From Candidatus Pacearchaeota archaeon UBA92 (GTDB lineage Archaea > Nanobdellota > Nanobdellia > Pacearchaeales > GW2011-AR1), in assembly GCA_002497285.1 (NCBI GenBank), contig DANJ01000014.1:34089-98088 (forward strand): DNA of 64,000 nt. Reading direction: 5' to 3'. The notes beneath the pieces are model-generated. The model saw only the letters and a program-made list of their open reading frames with translations, did not search any database and had not been told where the DNA came from. A program made the translations under genes and the position numbers. This document shows positions 61,970-64,000 of the stretch, one piece after another. The first letter of the stretch is position 1, and every line of letters begins with the position of its first letter.

Positions 61970-64000
61970 TTAGAACGTAAATATCCAATTATTTTCAGAA
62001 AATCCTTCAGGGTCTATGCAGTTTAGAGTCTGCCTTTTTTGACCATTGCACTTAGTAGGATCCGCTAAATTGTAATAATCATAACATCCTGAATCAGCTT
62101 GATCAGGTAAACCATCTCCGTCATTATCCATTCCATCAGAACATTGGTACAAGCTCGGATATGGGGGCAAGTCCTTGCTAAGATTAAGTTCTTTCTCAAC
62201 AGCTCCAATCTTGAAAGATAATAATTCTCCATGTCTGGAGACCGTATCAAAATTCTTAGACAAGCCCTGAAAGTAAGTGTAATTATAGATTTGCGGAAGC
62301 TGATACCCAGCGCCCCCGTTAAACTTCATGGATGTCTGCAGCAGGTTAGGTGATGCAGGAGAAGGATTCCAGTTTCCCCATACAATTGCATCAAAGCCTG
62401 AATGATAAGCAACTGCCTGTGCTGCTTTGATATTATAACTATGGAGGTCATAACTGTAATTGTATATTGGATTCGCAAACTCGGTAGAGATAAGCCCTTT
62501 TCCCGTTATTCCATTAAGTCTCCACGTGTCCCTGACGAAATTAGCCACATATCTTGCGCCCTCTGGGGATTGGAAATATATATGTGCATCAAAATAATCA
62601 TAAAATGCAGAACCATTGACCACGGCAGATTTCGCACTAGTTATAGGGTCCTGCTTAACACTCTGCCGGGTTGCGATTGTGATTCCATTCAGCCCGTTAT
62701 TAGTTTTATAATATATTCCATCGTATTTCCATCCCTGCTCATCATAGCCTGCTCCAAGAGCCATGTTTGGGGTATCGGAAATCGCAAAAGCTATCACTGG
62801 AATATTTGGGGATACCTCTTTTATAAAATTGTAGCTTAGGTTCATAAGGTCAAGAATAGCCTGTTGTTCTTCTTCCTGTGTATATCGGCCATATGACTCA
62901 TTGACCTTAAATTGATGTCCCCATTCATTACCGACCTGGATGGCGACAAGAACTCCCTGATGCTCTGGAGTAGGATTGGCATAATACCTATCAGTAACAT
63001 TTTTTAGATAATCAACCCAATCATCTTCCTGACCAAATTTAGGCCAGGAATCATCCTGGAGTAAGGTCTGAGAATTTGGATTAAATTCAATCTCAGAACG
63101 GATAGGGTGATTAGCTCTTAAAGTCAAAATTACTTTCATATTTGCAGCCTTGTATCCAACAATTTTCTGGTCAAGTTCAGTAAAATCAAGCGGTGCATCC
63201 AATTCTAGAGTATCATACATTTCATACCACTGTATTATGTCCCTTCCATAAGAAGCTCCTGTTGCTGCAGCTCTGCTCCAATCAGATCCTATAACTCTCA
63301 AGCCTGCTGAAGGGATTTTGTCTACTCCGCTGGCAACAAGCCCATTTCTCGTTCTTGTGCATGTTGATTCATCAAAGTCTGATAAAGGAATGATAGTTAT
63401 ACCAAAATCATCGCAAGATTGACCCAATTGCCCTTCTAATTGACAAGTAGAGCTACATCCATCACCATCCTCAATATTCCCGTCATCACATTCTTCTCCT
63501 ATTTCTTTATTTCCATTACCGCACTCGATATTAGATTCGGGCTCTTCCAAACAGTTTACAGGCGTATCCGTAAACTCACATGCTTCTCCGTTTTGAAATA
63601 TAATTGTTGTCCTGACATTTTTAGGAATCTGTTCGAACTTATCCAAACTAAAGACTATTGTTGAATGTCCAAATTCATTAGGAACTTCCCCTCTTAAGGA
63701 ATCTTTTAAGAATAGATTGGAAACACTTCCATCAAACTTAAAAGCCAAACTAGATATCTCTTGTTGTCCCACTCCTCTGCCAACTCCAACCTTTACCGAG
63801 CTTTCGTTATAAAAACATGAATCTGTTCTAATATCCAATTCAGCACATGAAATAAAACTTGTAAGTTGCCCATTATCTTCTCCGCTTCCAATTATTCCAA
63901 TTATAGAAGGTTGAATAAAAAGCCAGATTATTGAAATACTTACAATAGAAATTAATAGTAAAAGGAGAACAGTTACAACACCCGACAGCCCTCTTTTTTG
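61970..64000 (-). CDS. exported protein with class III signal peptide, pilin-like N-domain and GH-like TIM-barrel domain (paralog of 58924..60846); N-terminus runs off the window
   Basis: Reverse translation of 63839..64000 continues the ORF upstream of the track's Met: QKRGLSGVVTTVLLLLISIVSISIIWLFIQPSIIGIIGSGEDNGQLTSFISCAELDIRTDSC. Then VAIQVGNEWGHQF and C-terminal CSDGMDNDGDGLPDQADSGCYDY. Confidence 0.65.
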   Translation of the reverse strand, partial: QKRGLSGVVTVLLLLLISIVSISIIWLFIQPSIIGIIGSGEDNGQLTSFISCAELDIRTDSCFYNESSVKVGVGRGVGQQEISSLAFKFDGSVSNLFLKDSLRGEVPNEFGHSTIVFSLDKFEQIPKNVRTTIIFQNGEACEFTDTPVNCLEEPESNIECGNGNKEIGEECDDGNIEDGDGCSSTCQLEGQLGQSCDDFGITIIPLSDFDESTCTRTRNGLVASGVDKIPSAGLRVIGSDWSRAAATGASYGRDIIQWYEMYDTLELDAPLDFTELDQKIVGYKAANMKVILTLRANHPIRSEIEFNPNSQTLLQDDSWPKFGQEDDWVDYLKNVTDRYYANPTPEHQGVLVAIQVGNEWGHQFKVNESYGRYTQEEEQQAILDLMNLSYNFIKEVSPNIPVIAFAISDTPNMALGAGYDEQGWKYDGIYYKTNNGLNGITIATRQSVKQDPITSAKSAVVNGSAFYDYFDAHIYFQSPEGARYVANFVRDTWRLNGITGKGLISTEFANPIYNYSYDLHSYNIKAAQAVAYHSGFDAIVWGNWNPSPASPNLLQTSMKFNGGAGYQLPQIYNYTYFQGLSKNFDTVSRHGELLSFKIGAVEKELNLSKDLPPYPSLYQCSDGMDNDGDGLPDQADSGCYDYYNLADPTKCNGQKRQTLNCIDPEGFSENNWIFTF

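Noticed and set aside
1-64000. CRISPR arrays
   Set aside because: No regularly spaced direct repeats of 24-40 nt anywhere. The only tandem repeats are in-frame codon repeats inside the giant surface gene.

Overview
AT-rich (about 30-35% GC) archaeal genomic window. Archaeal translation factors aIF2-gamma and aIF5B, r-proteins S6e/L7Ae/S28e/L24e and Kae1 sit beside a bacterial-type gyrB/gyrA pair, and more than 20 kb of the window encodes giant or paralogous N-glycosylation-sequon-rich surface proteins. This combination looks DPANN-like. Roughly 0-9 kb is housekeeping (CysRS, Dus, pyrD-like, pyrC) plus a tandem pair of exported paralogs. 9.7-11.9 kb encodes a membrane-anchored surface protein with an SGNH/GDSL hydrolase core. 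12.0-24.2 kb is a single translationally coupled plus-strand operon and is the most interesting part. It reads DUF2779-type dual nuclease, SNF2 helicase, type III Mod N6-adenine methyltransferase, type III Res, a 231-aa protein with an Ntn-hydrolase-like N-terminus, and a 727-aa alpha-helical protein with a C-terminal PD-(D/E)xK-like motif. Mobile-element debris follows at 24.2-25.6 kb (truncated serine recombinase, frameshifted IS200-type tnpA, subterminal hairpin). 25.6-42 kb holds the translation and replication core: HIT, aIF5B, S6e, aIF2-gamma, a UvrD-like helicase fused to a Cas4/RecB-like nuclease, gyrA, a small acidic ORF, gyrB, the L7Ae-S28e-L24e operon, Kae1, and a small basic protein missing from the ORF track. 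42.7-64 kb is a surface-protein island, mostly on the minus strand. It includes a 2906-aa adhesin-like protein with two LamG-like modules. It also contains a family of proteins that start with an archaeal class III (prepilin-like) signal peptide and a conserved pilin-like N-domain fused to glycoside-hydrolase-like or other C-terminal domains. I found no tRNA, rRNA or CRISPR array.
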